A stretch of 64,000 bases of DNA, taken from the NCBI GenBank assembly GCA_009103225.1, contig RHPI01003488.1:124001-188000 (forward strand). Direction: 5' to 3'. Numbering within the stretch: the first letter of the stretch is position 1; every line of letters starts with the position of its first letter. Of the stretch, positions 24,198 through 37,400 are shown piece by piece. The notes under the pieces were generated by a model. It saw nothing but the letters and a program-made list of their open reading frames with translations, searched no databases and had not been told where the DNA came from. The stretch is from Chlorokybus atmophyticus (Eukaryota > Plantae > Mesostigma and Chlorokybus algae). A program made the translations under genes and the position numbers.

Positions 24198-24500
24198 ATC
24201 AGTACCACCATAACAACAACTAGTGCAGTTACTACAGTAAACTTAGCGTTTTCTCTCATCAGTTTAGTGTCATTATCAACTTGGCTGCCCAATGCACATA
24301 GACACAAAAGGCATACACCATTGCGAACACCCAAGCAATTCTGGGGAATTATCAGTACCACCATAACAACAACCAGTGCAATCACTGCAGTGCACTCAGC
24401 TCTTTTCTCATCTGTTTGGTGTCGGTACCAAGTTGGCTGCCAAATACAGATAGACAGAAAAGGCATACACCAATACGAACATCCAAGCAATTCTAGGGAG
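24198..24500. repeat. Two-copy 153-bp tandem duplication in the CDC73 3' flank
   Basis: Units start atcagtaccaccataacaacaac at 24198 and 24351 and are diverged but colinear. Confidence 0.85.
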
Positions 24501-24509
24501 GGCTGATAT

Positions 24510-27500
24510 TCAAAACAACAACTTGACCTTGTCTCTTGCGAGCCTCGGCACAATTGTGGACTGTATAAAGCTATCTAGAATCTTCCAAAACTCCAGCACC
24601 GTGCTGCTGTCTCGATGCCTTGCGTGTCGATTGATCTGTGGACAGTGTCGCAGTGAGCGGCAGATCAACAAGCAGACATCTTGCCTATCTCCTTGTGGAA
24701 GATGCCACTCACCGTTAACTGCTTTACATTCCAGGTTGCAACGTTGGGGTCAATTTTCTCGTCATCGAGTCTGAAGTTGAACCCGCGCACTGCCATGCCA
24801 AACGGCAATCAGTCAGACAAGCACATCCAATGCTGCCAACACTAAAGGCATCAGAATCTCTCTCACCTTTGGTAAATATCTCCACAAGGCCATCCTTGAA
24901 CGGCCAGCCCTTGAACTGCCACGCGGCGCCTTGCGTAAGCACAGCTACAACACGCACCCTGTAACAAGCAAGTAATCGTAAGCACAGCTACAACACGCAC
25001 CCTGTAACAACCTAAAAGCACACACACATGTACGTGAAATGACGTTGCAGTATGCATGATGCGCACGAAGGAAGTAGGAAGGCTTATGCAGGACAGACTG
25101 AATAACATGCGGTTGCTGGCTTTACCAGTCTTTTTTCTCAAGCTTGGTCGTGTTGTCAATAATATGATATGGTACAGGTTTGCTGCGCTCCATTTTGCGA
25201 AGCACCATGACAAGGGACTCCTTTTTTACGCCACGGTCTTTGGCTTGATTCCATGTCTCAAATCTGTTCAATCTTATCAAGGATGCAGCAAGGGCAGTAC
25301 TGGCTGCCGCAATCTCTTAGTATGTTAGCAACATACGCATGCACTCGCATTGCACAGGGATACTCTCCTTCCTCCAGGAACTTCTTGATGTTGTACATGT
25401 TCATGAGCGACGAGTAGCCGGCAGGTACAATAATGATGGGAGGCCCCAGAACTGCCCAGCAAAAAGAGACAGAAAAGCAGTAAGCAGGCAGATGATGTTG
25501 TATTATAAAGCTCCTGGTGTCAACATGAGCAACACGCTGCACAACACATGGCTCACCCTTTTCTTTGGTCGGAGTAGGCTTGATAGGCGTCGTTCGTTGT
25601 CTGGGCTGGGAGGGAGGTGGATGAGATGGAGGCGGAGGTGCATTGCGAGAGGGCTCAGGCTTCCCAGGTACTACAAATGAGCCGCTGGGGTCTATGGCAA
25701 GCGCCTCGGCATCTGCACATGGGAGTAGTGTCACATGCATGTTTCAATGCACATCAATAACAGGCAAATACCTGTTGTTGATGTCATGTACGCAAGCTGA
25801 CGATACTGTAGCATGTGCACACGCATGCACACACATACTGTAGCATGCGCACACACGCACGCATGTGCGAGCACACACGTGGTGACAACCATTGCTGTGG
25901 TGTTTACCTTCGCTTTTGAGATATGTCTTCCAGAAGGCGTTGTCATCCCCATGACCGCGAGCATAGCGGCTCATGGCCTGCGGAGGCATTGGCGGAGCAG
26001 CAGCTTTCCTCTTCTTATCTTCAGCATGCTGATGTTGCTGGCCGTCCTTGCGTGCCAGGTCCAGCAGCGTCAACACTCTGTGAAACGTCTGTCAAGGCAG
26101 ACACTGTTAACACAAATCCGTGTAACAAGTGGTACAGTACTGCACTCTACCAGACTACACTACGCTGTACACCATACTAGACAATATCTACAGATGCAGT
26201 AAGCTACCACACACTCAGCACGGCATACTACCAGACCATACTGCATTGCACATCATTGACTGTGCTGAGCTTTAATGTAGGTGACTCCTTATGCGGTGAC
26301 GTACCCGTCTGTGACACACGAGAGAGCTGCTCCGGTCCCGTAATCTCCGTTCCCGCTCCAGCACCGCACGGGTGCCGACTGTGACGGATGTAACGTCTGC
26401 AGGCGCCACCTGCATGACACAGGCAGACATGTGTCAACCACTAGCAGAAGCCTTCAGGTGTATATCAGTACAGTCTCTTGCACCCCATTTAAGCAAAGAC
26501 CGTGCATGCTGCAGAATGGGTGAGTAAATTAAACATGTCTGCATGCATGGGTAGATGGAAGAATGCTCGCACTTACTGAAGAACGTGTGGAGGACTGCAT
26601 TGGGTTGATATACAGAACAATGATATATAGAATAACAATACATAGACAAGCGCTTTGATTGCATAGATGAGTAGCGACAAGACGAATACATGGTGAATGG
26701 ACCGGGTATCTACGCACCGTGGGAGCCTCAGCCTCAAGCAGCTGTCGGCCGTCAGCATCAGCATTGAGGTCAAGGAGCCCCTCTTTGCTCTGTTCACCTG
26801 GGGTGGACGCCGAGCCCAAGAAGAAAGGCGGGGCAGCGACAGCAGAGGCTTGAATGGCATCGGAGGCATCGATCTCCCCCGTGAGGTAGGCCAGCAAGTC
26901 CTTCCTGTCCAACAGCGTGATGAGGGGGTACCTGTCCTTGCTGGCCTCGCGCACGTAGTCTCCGTGGCCCAGCTGCCGGTTCTTCGCCAGAAACCATATT
27001 GCGTCAAGTCGGTACAGCGGGCGCTCCTTGCCTCGCGACCTGCACAGCAGCACGTCCACACGCATCAACCAAACATGCGTACTTATCGTTAAGCTACTGG
27101 CAACACCAGGCTGCCATAATGCAAGACTGCATGCGCGTACAGCAAGCGCAAGTCCAATAAGCGACTAAAAAGTAGTCTGTGCACGCACGCGTGCACATTT
27201 TCCATTACACTACTTAGGCTTGATGCCAGACTGCAGGACTGTAAACGTACAGCAAACACATGTGCAGCGTACAACTCAAAAAGCTAACCTGTGTGCACGA
27301 CCTCACAGCATGCGTGCAGCTGCACCAGAAGGCATGCAGCTGCAACGTGTGCGACCAACTGAGTTTCAAGAATGGAGGTAGATATCGCTGTAAACATCGA
27401 GCGGCATCTGATCACAATCACACTCGCAGAAAGCAGCGGAGGTTTAGCGCTGGTAACACTGGGAGTGTCAACAGTGCTGCAGTGCCTATGATGGCAGTAC

Positions 27501-27674
27501 TACTGCTGTGAAAACCGCTAATTCAATGAATGGTTGTTGAGCTTGCCTATATGCAGTCTCGGCATGGCGGGGGAAGCGCGCCTCATCGCCGAAGCGGATC
27601 TCCTCGCCTTCCAGCACAACCCTGTCCAGCTGCCCGCGCATGCAGTACTCCCGCAGCTTGCTCAGCGGGTCCAT
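24510..27674 (-). CDS. CDC73: PAF1 complex subunit Cdc73/parafibromin (multi-exon)
   Basis: MDPLSKLREY...RFPRHAETAYR, LLDRKDLLAYLTG, PIIIVPAGYSSLMNMYNIKKFLEEG, RVVAVLTQGAAWQFKGWP, EFWKILDSF; stop TGA 24510-24512. Confidence 0.92.
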
Positions 27675-27953
27675 GACGCCCTAACACACTCTAACCCAAG
27701 CACAGACCAACACTCCTCAACACGCTAACACACTATGATGGCAGTGCGCTTTGTGCCGTGGCTCCCTTGAGGTGCATGACAAAGCCACCAGCGACAAATG
27801 TAGCTTCGCTGTGTTGTATTCATCTTGCTGATGCCCTACCCCATGATGGAGAGAGTTCAAGTACAGCAGCGAGCAATGGAATGGATGCTCAACGCCTCAC
27901 GGGACGGGCACTGGCGTCAACTAACGCTAGGCTAGACAGCCTGCTCAGGCACG

Positions 27954-27962
27954 AAACCCTAA
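27954..27962 (+). promoter_or_regulatory. Telo-box (AAACCCTAA) in the CDC73/rubredoxin divergent promoter
   Basis: Exact plant telo-box match. Another lies at 52556-52564 upstream of TYW1. Confidence 0.35.
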
Positions 27963-28192
27963 AAGTAAGGTGGACAAGCACAGCGCTTGCACACAACCCA
28001 GCACGTTCGTGCATGCAGAAGCAGGCTGGAGTGACGTCCCTGTTGTGCACCACCACCGCCGCCACCGCCTCCGTCGCCGTCCTCGCCTACCTCCAAACCC
28101 AGTACACTGACCAGCTGGTCAAAGTGGTTCAGCTAGTTAAACAGCTGAGTAAAACCACGTGAGAGAAAAGCGGATAAGGCGCAGCGGCGGCG

Positions 28193-29288
28193 ATGGCGGC
28201 GGCGATGGCCATGGCGACGTCGGCGGTCGGGTTGTCGGCGTTGCCATCGCTGAGGCCGTCAGCAAGAAAGCCTTCCGCGCTGCAAGGCTCGCCCGTGCGC
28301 TCCAGCGCCGGCAAGGCGCTGGCAGTCAGGCCTTTGGGGCAGCAGACCGCACAGACAACTAGTCTCAGCAGGGCTCCGCTGAGGGTTTCAGCCGCTCAGC
28401 AGGCTTACATCTGCATGTGAGTGTCATCAGCAAAGTAGCGCAGCTCAAGCTCGATTTGTCTCTCTCTCGCTCCCGCTTGTAAAGGATTATACTTATGCAG
28501 AAATACGTATACAAGTACAGAGATATGCAAGTGGGGGCACACAGCTGGCAAGTCTGACCAGCTGTGTGGTGTTTATTTATCAGCTAATCAATGTTTAATC
28601 GTGTGCTTGTTACTCTATTATGTGCAACTGGTGCTGTTGCATTTCTTCCTGTTTGGTGCATGTTGACAACCTCTTGCTCGACACACCATATGCTTCTAAT
28701 CTGGTCATGGAGGGATCATGTAGTAAGCAGTTGGCAATATCTTGCGTTAACATCACATTTGGTTGATGGGTGAATCACAGCTTATCAATGTTGCAATGCC
28801 GCCAGGGACTGCGGTTACATCTACCAAGACAAGAAGGTGCCTTTTGACAAGCTGCCCAACAGCTACGGATGCCCAGGTACGCGTGTATGCAAGATAAACA
28901 CATAACAAAATGGATCTCACCACAGCCCACGAAAGCAACATTCGTCGTTGTGATTTTTGTCCCCACAGTTTGCGATGCGCCCAAGCGAAGGTTCAAACCG
29001 TACAGCCAGCCGGTCGCCAAGAACGCCAATGACCTCAAAGTTCGCAAAGCACGCAAGGCCGATATCCAACAAGCGCCCAGCTCAAATTCGTAAGCATCAC
29101 ATGTGCAACAATAAGTTGTAGACAGAGCAAAGTTGCAGCGAGTCCGTGTGTTGGCTGAGTCAATGTCGATGTTTCTAATGCATGTGGTCATGTGTGTCAT
29201 CATCTCCAGATCCGGGGTTCTTGTGGCGGCGGGCGGTTTCGCTGCGGGACTCTTGGCCCTGTTTATCTACTTGAACTCCACTTTCTAG
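28193..29288 (+). CDS. Plastid-targeted rubredoxin-like protein with C-terminal transmembrane helix (4 exons)
   Basis: Ala/Ser-rich transit peptide, then spliced QAYIC|.DCGYIY...PFDKLP..YGCP|VCDAPKRRF...ND.KVRKARKA and a hydrophobic tail LALFIYLNSTF*. Confidence 0.85.
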
Positions 29289-30190
29289 CAGCAGAATACA
29301 GTTACAAGCCCATGATTTTGACTGCAGTATGTAGGTTGCGCTGCCATGCCGATACACTAACGAGATTGCGAGGCGTCATGTATGTGCACGGACTTTTGTA
29401 AGCACTGCCTGTCATGCATCATGAACATGAGGAACAAGCACAGCCTGGCACTGGTTGTATCTACAGCATGAGACCAGTACATGACGCACTTGCTAGTGGT
29501 AGTGCTGTTCTTGAGGAGTGTGCACCGTGGCGTGCTAGCTACGAGGATGCTGGTGGTCATGCATCGTCGTATTGTGTTGTGGGCCAGCTAAGTGGCGGCG
29601 GCGGGCCTTGCGAGAGGGGGGCGGAAGCACAGCACGACACATCATCGCATTCAGCATTACACACGCCCTCTCCACCAGTCAGCCTCACCTCTCCTCTCTT
29701 CTCCTCTCCTCTACAGCTGCTGCAGGTGACGCCCGCTGCTCCTCTGCCTACCCTACCTACGCTCTTGCACTTGCATTCACGTAGCCTAGCCTAGGGAAAG
29801 TTCTGTAGCGGTGGTGGGGTAAATAAAGGTGGTGCTCTATGTGTTATGCTTGTGTTTGTGTGAGCGTGGCATAGTGTACATCAAATGCAGGACATGCATG
29901 CGCATGCACAACGTGTAGTTCAGTCAGCACGCAGCAACACATGCAAGGTGTCCGACAAATGACAATTAGTTGACCACCGGGCTACCACTAGCACGCTAAT
30001 CTACTGCCTCTACCCCGTTAGACATGCAGCAGTCAATATGCAGTTGGTAATCACCTGCCCACATGTGTGCATAATGTCTTCCTATACCCTATGCACTAGC
30101 TCACTTGGTGAGAAGCTGATTATTATAACTGTTCACTCAGCCTCCACCTATGTCCACCACTCATCAGGCCTACGCAGCCACTTGCTGACC

Positions 30191-30511
30191 NNNNNNNNNN
30201 NNNNNNNNNNNNNNNNNNNNNNNNNNNNNNNNNNNNNNNNNNNNNNNNNNNNNNNNNNNNNNNNNNNNNNNNNNNNNNNNNNNNNNNNNNNNNNNNNNNN
30301 NNNNNNNNNNNNNNNNNNNNNNNNNNNNNNNNNNNNNNNNNNNNNNNNNNNNNNNNNNNNNNNNNNNNNNNNNNNNNNNNNNNNNNNNNNNNNNNNNNNN
30401 NNNNNNNNNNNNNNNNNNNNNNNNNNNNNNNNNNNNNNNNNNNNNNNNNNNNNNNNNNNNNNNNNNNNNNNNNNNNNNNNNNNNNNNNNNNCCCCCCCCC
30501 CCCCCCCCCCC
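30191..30511. other. Assembly gap (301 N) followed by a 20-nt poly-C
   Basis: Seen directly. Confidence 0.98.
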
Positions 30512-31051
30512 GGATTATGTGACGGTATTCTGTTAGTCTATTGCCACAGTGATGAATGCATTCACCATTGGGGTATCCATTTCATAGACAACACTGGACT
30601 TGTGTTGAGAGTGAGTGTCCGGAGTGAATCCCACAACCAATGCTTCCACATTGCCTGCAGCAGCAGCAGTCGATTCGTCAATGCATCAAGCAATCCATCC
30701 ATCTATTGATCAAACTTCACGGACAGACTCAGTTGCGAGTCTGAATAGAAGAAACATGACTTCGAAGTATTCCCCTAAAATATCTGGCCCTGGAGGTACT
30801 GGAGGTACTGGAGGTACTGTGGGCCACAATGCCTCTTGGTAGTGTCAGAGACAGCGAGCCCAGCCATTCCCGTGATTCCAGCTGGAGTACAATCAACTTA
30901 CAGTACTCGTTGGCTTGCACTACACTACTCTATGGTGCTATACATGCTGCACACTAATCAATGATTGTATAGGATCTAAAATACAACAACGCCAACCGCC
31001 AGAGGTATTGCTGTGGGAGGAGGATTGGTGGTGGTGGTGCTGTTGTTGTTG

Positions 31052-33645
31052 TCACCTTAGGTGCAGCTGGAAGAACTGCTCAATGACGCGCCAGTACCGG
31101 TCGCCCTCGACGAACCACGTGTCCATATGCGTGCCGCGCTCGAACTCCACGAACACCGCCGATGCCGCCGCCGCGCTCTGCAGCCGCCTCATCTGCTCCG
31201 GGGGCACCAGCTCGTCGCGCTTGCTCGACAGCAGCAGCACCGGATCTGTCACACTCCTGCAAGGAAGAAATCAACACATAATGCGCGCGCGCGCGCATGC
31301 AAGGGTGCGCAAGCTATCAGTGCCATACATCACACAGCTATTGATACCGCATATTGGTAACACTACGCTGTCACACTGCACTCACTATACCAAGCAATGA
31401 AATATGTGCAACCTGCAATGCTGCAATGATGTGCACCAAACATTGATCGAGTACACACATGTGTGTGGCGCGCTTACTTGATGATGTCTATGGTTCGCCA
31501 CGGGCTCCGCACCAGCGGATTGAGCGGACGACCTTTACCGAGGAAGTACTTCAGGAACGGCATGACTACGCCCGCCATGTCCACTATCGATGTGAAGGTG
31601 TTCTCCAGCACGACGCATCGTAACTGCGACGAGAGGGGTTTTAGGGAGATGATGTTGTTACCAGTACAAGTTGGGTCAAATTACCTTTCCAGGGTTGGCA
31701 GCGGCGAGATGGGCTGCAACGGCGCCGCCGAGGGAGCGCCCGAACGAAATCAGCTGCTTGTTGTCAATGTCGGGGTGGTTTAGCAGGTAGTCCAAAGCGG
31801 CCTGCAGGTGAACATCACTTTGCACATGCAGTGGGGGCTGGCGAGACACACTCCAAACAATCGCATGTCAGTCAGTGTGGATACGCACGCTTTACGTGGT
31901 ATACACACAAGCACAAGCGTTATGCGCACGCACGTGCGCGCACACTAAATACGAACATCTAGCATAATGGCTGTACACAAACGCAATGACACAGTTGCGT
32001 GCAGGCACGTGCTCACGCATGAACACAGAATCGCTGCACAGGGCACCCATATGCATATGCAGTAAGTATAGAGGTATGCGTTCACAATTATGCATGCACC
32101 CACATACCGCACCTGAAACAAACGCTTCGCACATACCGTTACCACCGTACCTGTGCGTCAAGTTTGATACCCCACTCAGAGGGGCTGCCTTCACTCGCTC
32201 CAAACCTGACCGAGTCGCAACAGAGCAGTGTCACGCATACTGTGGTGTACGTTGTTTGTTGTTCTTTTCCACAACCTCGTTACATCAAAGCATGCGCCAC
32301 ACGAAATACTGTACCCGCGGTAAGACAGCATCAGGATGTTGCACTTCAGCTTCGTCATCATGACCTGCATGAATGGGAGCCGGTGCGCAATGTCTGTTGT
32401 TTGCTTGAGTCAAGAAGAACATTCACCAGAAGGACGTGTGCAACCACCACCAACCAACACAGCAACAAACTGCCTCTCAATCAAGACATTGAAAAGGATA
32501 CTGCCTGCATTCTCTTGGAAGAACAGCACAGTGGGACCTGCAATTCACAAGTGGGAAGTTACATCAACACTGGATGTATGTCAGGTGAGGTCACAACCAT
32601 GAGAATACACATTGGAATACATGGGTTGAAGTGTTAAGTACCACCCAGGCTTGTACCTCGTGCAGATGGCTTCTGCTTAAGAAGCCATGCGTGCAAACGG
32701 ACTCCGTCGCGGGCGCGCAGCCACACATCCTCGTAATCAAATCGAAAGGGCGCAATGCTCGGCTCTATCTCATAATGCCTCGCCTGATGACAGGAGGGAC
32801 TCAGCGTTTGCACACAATGTTCGCATGCTTTGCTTTTTGACTTGGCTGCCATCAATCGGTATGCACGCACACAATAATCCGAAGCTGTCATATTGGCTGG
32901 TGTAGTATAGTGCACAGACAGCTAGTAGCAACCAGCAAAAATGCCTTTTGTGCACATCATGCATCACATTGCCATCACCTTTCCGCTGGATACAGTACAT
33001 TGTAGCATAGCGCTGCTAATGCCCTGCCGTGCCAAACAATTTGGGCAGCTCTGTGATTGTGAAATAATATGCGCTCGAAACGAAACACGTGGCTGGCATG
33101 GCTTAGCAGCAAAGTAGACCACTATTTAACATGGCGGTGAACAAAAGGCTCAAGGATCCAATGTGCTTAAGTTGTCAGAGGACCTCTCATAACAACAAAC
33201 TCTCCTTAGCATGCTCGCACGCTTGGTTTACAGAGACCAATCAGACGTTACGTCCAACTGTTGTACTGTGGGTTTTATGCTTGTATCTGACACTTGGGTT
33301 TTGTATGCTGTAATAAGAGTTTATCTGGAAGTCCGGACACAAGTCTTGAGCCCATAGATTGGATGAATTCAGCTGTACAAACCACTGACAAAATAAGCCC
33401 GTGCATGTCAGCCATACCAGCATGTGAAACCAATAACATCTGTGTTGAGCATACAACAATACGACAAACAACATGTGGAACATGCGGCGCACCAGCTGGC
33501 CAGGAAGGACGGGCACATAGACGAGCTTGTGCTGGAAGGCGACGAGCGCCGCCACCGCCACCGCCGCCAGCCCCGCCGCACCGTAGCCCACCCGCTGCAG
33601 CACCCGCCACAGCCCTCCCGCCGCCGCCCCCGCCGCCGCCTCCAT
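31052..33645 (-). CDS. ABHD13: Alpha/beta hydrolase ABHD13/WAV2-like (multi-exon)
   Basis: N-terminal TM + QHKLVYVP, YEDVWLRARDGVRLHAW, PTVLFFQENAG, SYRG|FGASEGSPSE, FGRSLGGAVA nucleophile, ENTFTSI, DELVPP, GTHMDTW. Confidence 0.9.
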
Positions 33646-34484
33646 GACGTCAGGACCGCCACCACGATGGCATTGCCATGGAGGACAAGGATGATGAGGA
33701 GGAGGATGTGCAGGACGATAAGATGGATGATAACGACGAGGACAGATGCGAGGCGGAGGCGTTGTGAGTCGTTTCTGTGCCCGTCTCTGCGTAAGAAAGA
33801 GCGTGGAATAATGCGGCAGAGCAAGCATGGCAGGCGACGGCAAGCGGAAGGAGCTCAGTGTCGCTGTAAGTAATGTTGCTGCGAAGCAGTTAGTATTCGC
33901 GCCTGCAACCTTACAGGACTGCTCTGCTGTTGTTTCAAGCAACGTGTTGTCTTCATCACTGACCATCGCTGTGCAATATGCTCGAGTAACGGAGATATAT
34001 GTCCACGCATGGCATCCGCGTAGCAGAAATACTGGCAACACTGACTCTGCTGGATGTGTTAGGCCTGATTGCTGCTCTGTTGAACCAAAGGGGTATGCTG
34101 CTGTGTCTGCATACTGCACCATTCAGCTTCAAGCATCTCTTGCAATGAGTGTGCAGGCCAGTGTTATCCCAGCCTGCGCAGCAATGTTGAGACTATTGTC
34201 AGCAACTGCTGCCACAAGCAATTGGCTGGATAGTGAGTGGACACCGCAACAAGCTCCCTCCAGCCCTTGATCAGATGCCGAACAGTTGCGCAAGGAGAAG
34301 GTTCCGTTGAAGCCAGGTAAATGTACATGTACAAGCGCTTATGGGCAGTGCAACCAGAGCCTACAATTTACCGCGTACATACTTGCACATGAACCAATGT
34401 ACAATTAAACCAGCAGAGTGCCGAAAATCAACTGCCACAAGTCCAGTGACAGGTTCCCATGCGCACTTCCGTACCACAAGGACA

Positions 34485-37400
34485 TCATTGCTTGTGCTTC
34501 TTCCGTGGTCGCTTGTGCAACGATGCGTGCTGCTTGGCGTCACCTGCCTGCAATCCATCTGACTCGAGCATATGTTCATAAGCCTCTGCAGCTGCGAACG
34601 GACTCGGCCGCACTTTGCCACCCGTCAATTTGTCAACATCATCTGCTGCTTTCTTCCCCTTCTTCCCTCCTTTCTTCCTCTTCTTGGTTTCAGACTGCTC
34701 CTCCAATTCTTCAGCATCAAGCGCATCTTCGTGCAACTCTTTATCAACAGCATCGCCCACCTCGACGACTTCATCCTCATCTGAGCTGAACGCCACATCC
34801 GCAGTGTCCAGCATCACCATGCCCGCATCATCACTGTCATCACCCTCATCGCCTGCAACGTCCTCCTCATCCGGCAACACTTCGCCTTCGCTGTCGCCGC
34901 TCTCAACATCGCTATACTCCAACGCGTCCGCCAGCTGGTCGTAGCTGTAATCGCCTTCGGATGGCTGGGTCTGTGCCATGCCGCTGCCTCGCTTGCGTTC
35001 TTGGCTGTCGAGGAAAGCATCGACTTCAGCATCGCTGTCGTCGCTGAACTCATCAGCATCACCCTTCATTTTTGCGTCCTTCACTTCTTCGTCTGATGCA
35101 GCTGCCGCAATTCGCTTCTGTGCCAACAACCAAAGCAGCTTAGTTTGTACTTCAGCTCCATTGTGAGCGTATGTGCAAGTGTACAGCACAAAGCCTGTGT
35201 GTTACCCGCAAGGCATACCAAACTGGGTTGAACAAATGCAACCAGGCCAACCTGTGCTTTTGCGCTGTAGAAGCGATGAAAGAACACATCTGCAGGGTCC
35301 ACCTCATGCTCTGGCAGATGCACAAACTCTTCACTTGTGACCTGTTGCAAGGATGCATTGTTCAAACAATGAAGGACGATCTTGTAAGGCGGTCTTCACA
35401 TGCTTATAATCAAGGATGAAGTTCTCCGGCATATCCCAGCTGTGCAACAGCTGGGACATCCAGCATACAAACCTGCGTAGGCTGGTTGACAGGCGCTGTT
35501 GGCTGCATGAGAGATGCACCACGATGAGCCATCTTCTCCTTCATTCTCAGTGCTTTGGGTTTCTTGTCAATGAACTTGTCCAGAAACGGTGCAAGGCTGA
35601 GGTCACGGAGAGGGTTGCCCGCGTATACGACGTTAGCACCCGCCAAGAGAGTGCGTGACATGGCTGCCACAGATGGATGCACATGACTGGCCAAGCAGCT
35701 CAGCTCCCACCAGCAGGCATTCTCCGCATGGCTGAACTCTGGCTCTCGCTTCTTCATGTCATAACCGCCTTGAGCCGGCCACGCCCTGCATAAAGAAGGT
35801 ACAATGACAACTCTAATGAAGCTCTTCTTGAGCTTCGAACAAGTAGTGTAGCAAAAAGCACCTCGATCTGACGTGTGCACGTGTAACTGCAGAGCCATTC
35901 TCCTCCGCATCATTCTCTTTGCTACTGCCTTCATCCAAGTCGATGCGGACAGCCACTGCCCGCTTGTTGTCACCTTCTGATGTCGCATCCTTGCTGCTGG
36001 CATTCGTCAGGCCATCATCGGCATCCTGAAAACGCTCAACATCGTCTTCGTGGTCCTCTGGTTGCATGATCGCATTCCTGTCAATACTGGACTGCATCAG
36101 CTTCTTGCTGTCGATAAAGTCAGGACTGGACACAACTGATCCAGTGCATGTACCAAGCGACTGGATGGGCTTTGAGCACTTCTGATATCAGCATCAGCGC
36201 GCCACACGCAAAAGCTGCTGACTGGTGCATGGCAACCTGCACACGGATGATATGGTAGAATCGAAATGGAAGTAGCGGCGACTGCATGCGGACTGCATAC
36301 CAAGGGCAACGGCAAATTAGGTCATGGCTACAAGACTACCTGCAACAAGCGCTTTGCAAATGCCGCAACCCGACTGCTGTTGATGTCAGCTCGCATAGCC
36401 TTGAACAGCAGGGACAAGAACAGAGCTGCCTGCACAACAACGCAGGTCAGCATTGTGCTTTGCAGATTCAAGTTAACCGCCGTGCCCTGTTGTCCACGAG
36501 CATGGCAGTTTCAGCAACCGACCTTTGAAGAACGGGGCATTGTGGATGATATCAGGACCGTATACAGCGCGCGATAGAAGCGATCACTGATAGCCTGGTG
36601 AGAAGTGATCAGCTGATGCAGCAGGACCAAGGCCTGTATTGCGCCGTTGATGTTGGCACCATGTGCCTGCCAACAGGGACACTTCACATCAATAGCAGCG
36701 CGCCAACACCGATGCTGCTCATGTCAGCCTGAAGAAGCCGGCTGCGTTGCACGACCAAAAACAACATCGGATGGACAAACACTGGCAATGCGCATACCAT
36801 CTGAAACAGCACTGGTGCATGCTCCGCCACAAGAGGCCCAGCGTCATCTGCAGAGACAAACGGGAATGCCCTGTTTATCCCCTGCACATGCGTGTATACG
36901 TCAGATGTGCAAATCCAACAAGCAGTGCAGTTGATAGTGCCCCCCCCCCCCCCCCCCNNNNNNNNNNNNNNNNNNNNNNNNNNNNNNNNNNNNNNNNNNN
37001 NNNNNNNNNNNNNNNNNNNNNNNNNNNNNNNNNNNNNNNNNNNNNNNNNNNNNNNNNNNNNNNNNNNNNNNNNNNNNNNNNNNNNNNNNNNNNNNNNNNN
37101 NNNNNNNNNNNNNNNNNNNNNNNNNNNNNNNNNNNNNNNNNNNNNNNNNNNNNNNNNNNNNNNNNNNNNNNNNNNNNNNNNNNNNNNNNNNNNNNNNNNN
37201 NNNNNNNNNNNNNNNNNNNNNNNNNNNNNNNNNNNNNNNNNNNNNNNNNNNNNNNNNNNNNNNNNNNNNNNNNNNNNNNNNNNNNNNNNNNNNNNNNNNN
37301 NNNNNNNNNNNNNNNNNNNNNNNNNNNNNNNNNNNNNNNNNNNNNNNNNNNNNNNNNNNNNNNNNNNNNNNNNNNNNNNNNNNNNNNNNNNNNNNNNNNN

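Noticed and set aside
30038-30709. Long ORFs spanning N runs (also 36684..37684)
   Set aside because: Artefacts of translating through assembly gaps.
33241-34122. 293-aa ORF (and similar long GC-rich or antisense ORFs such as 11272..11868)
   Set aside because: It overlaps the real first exon, introns or UTR of other genes, with low-complexity translation outside the true exon.
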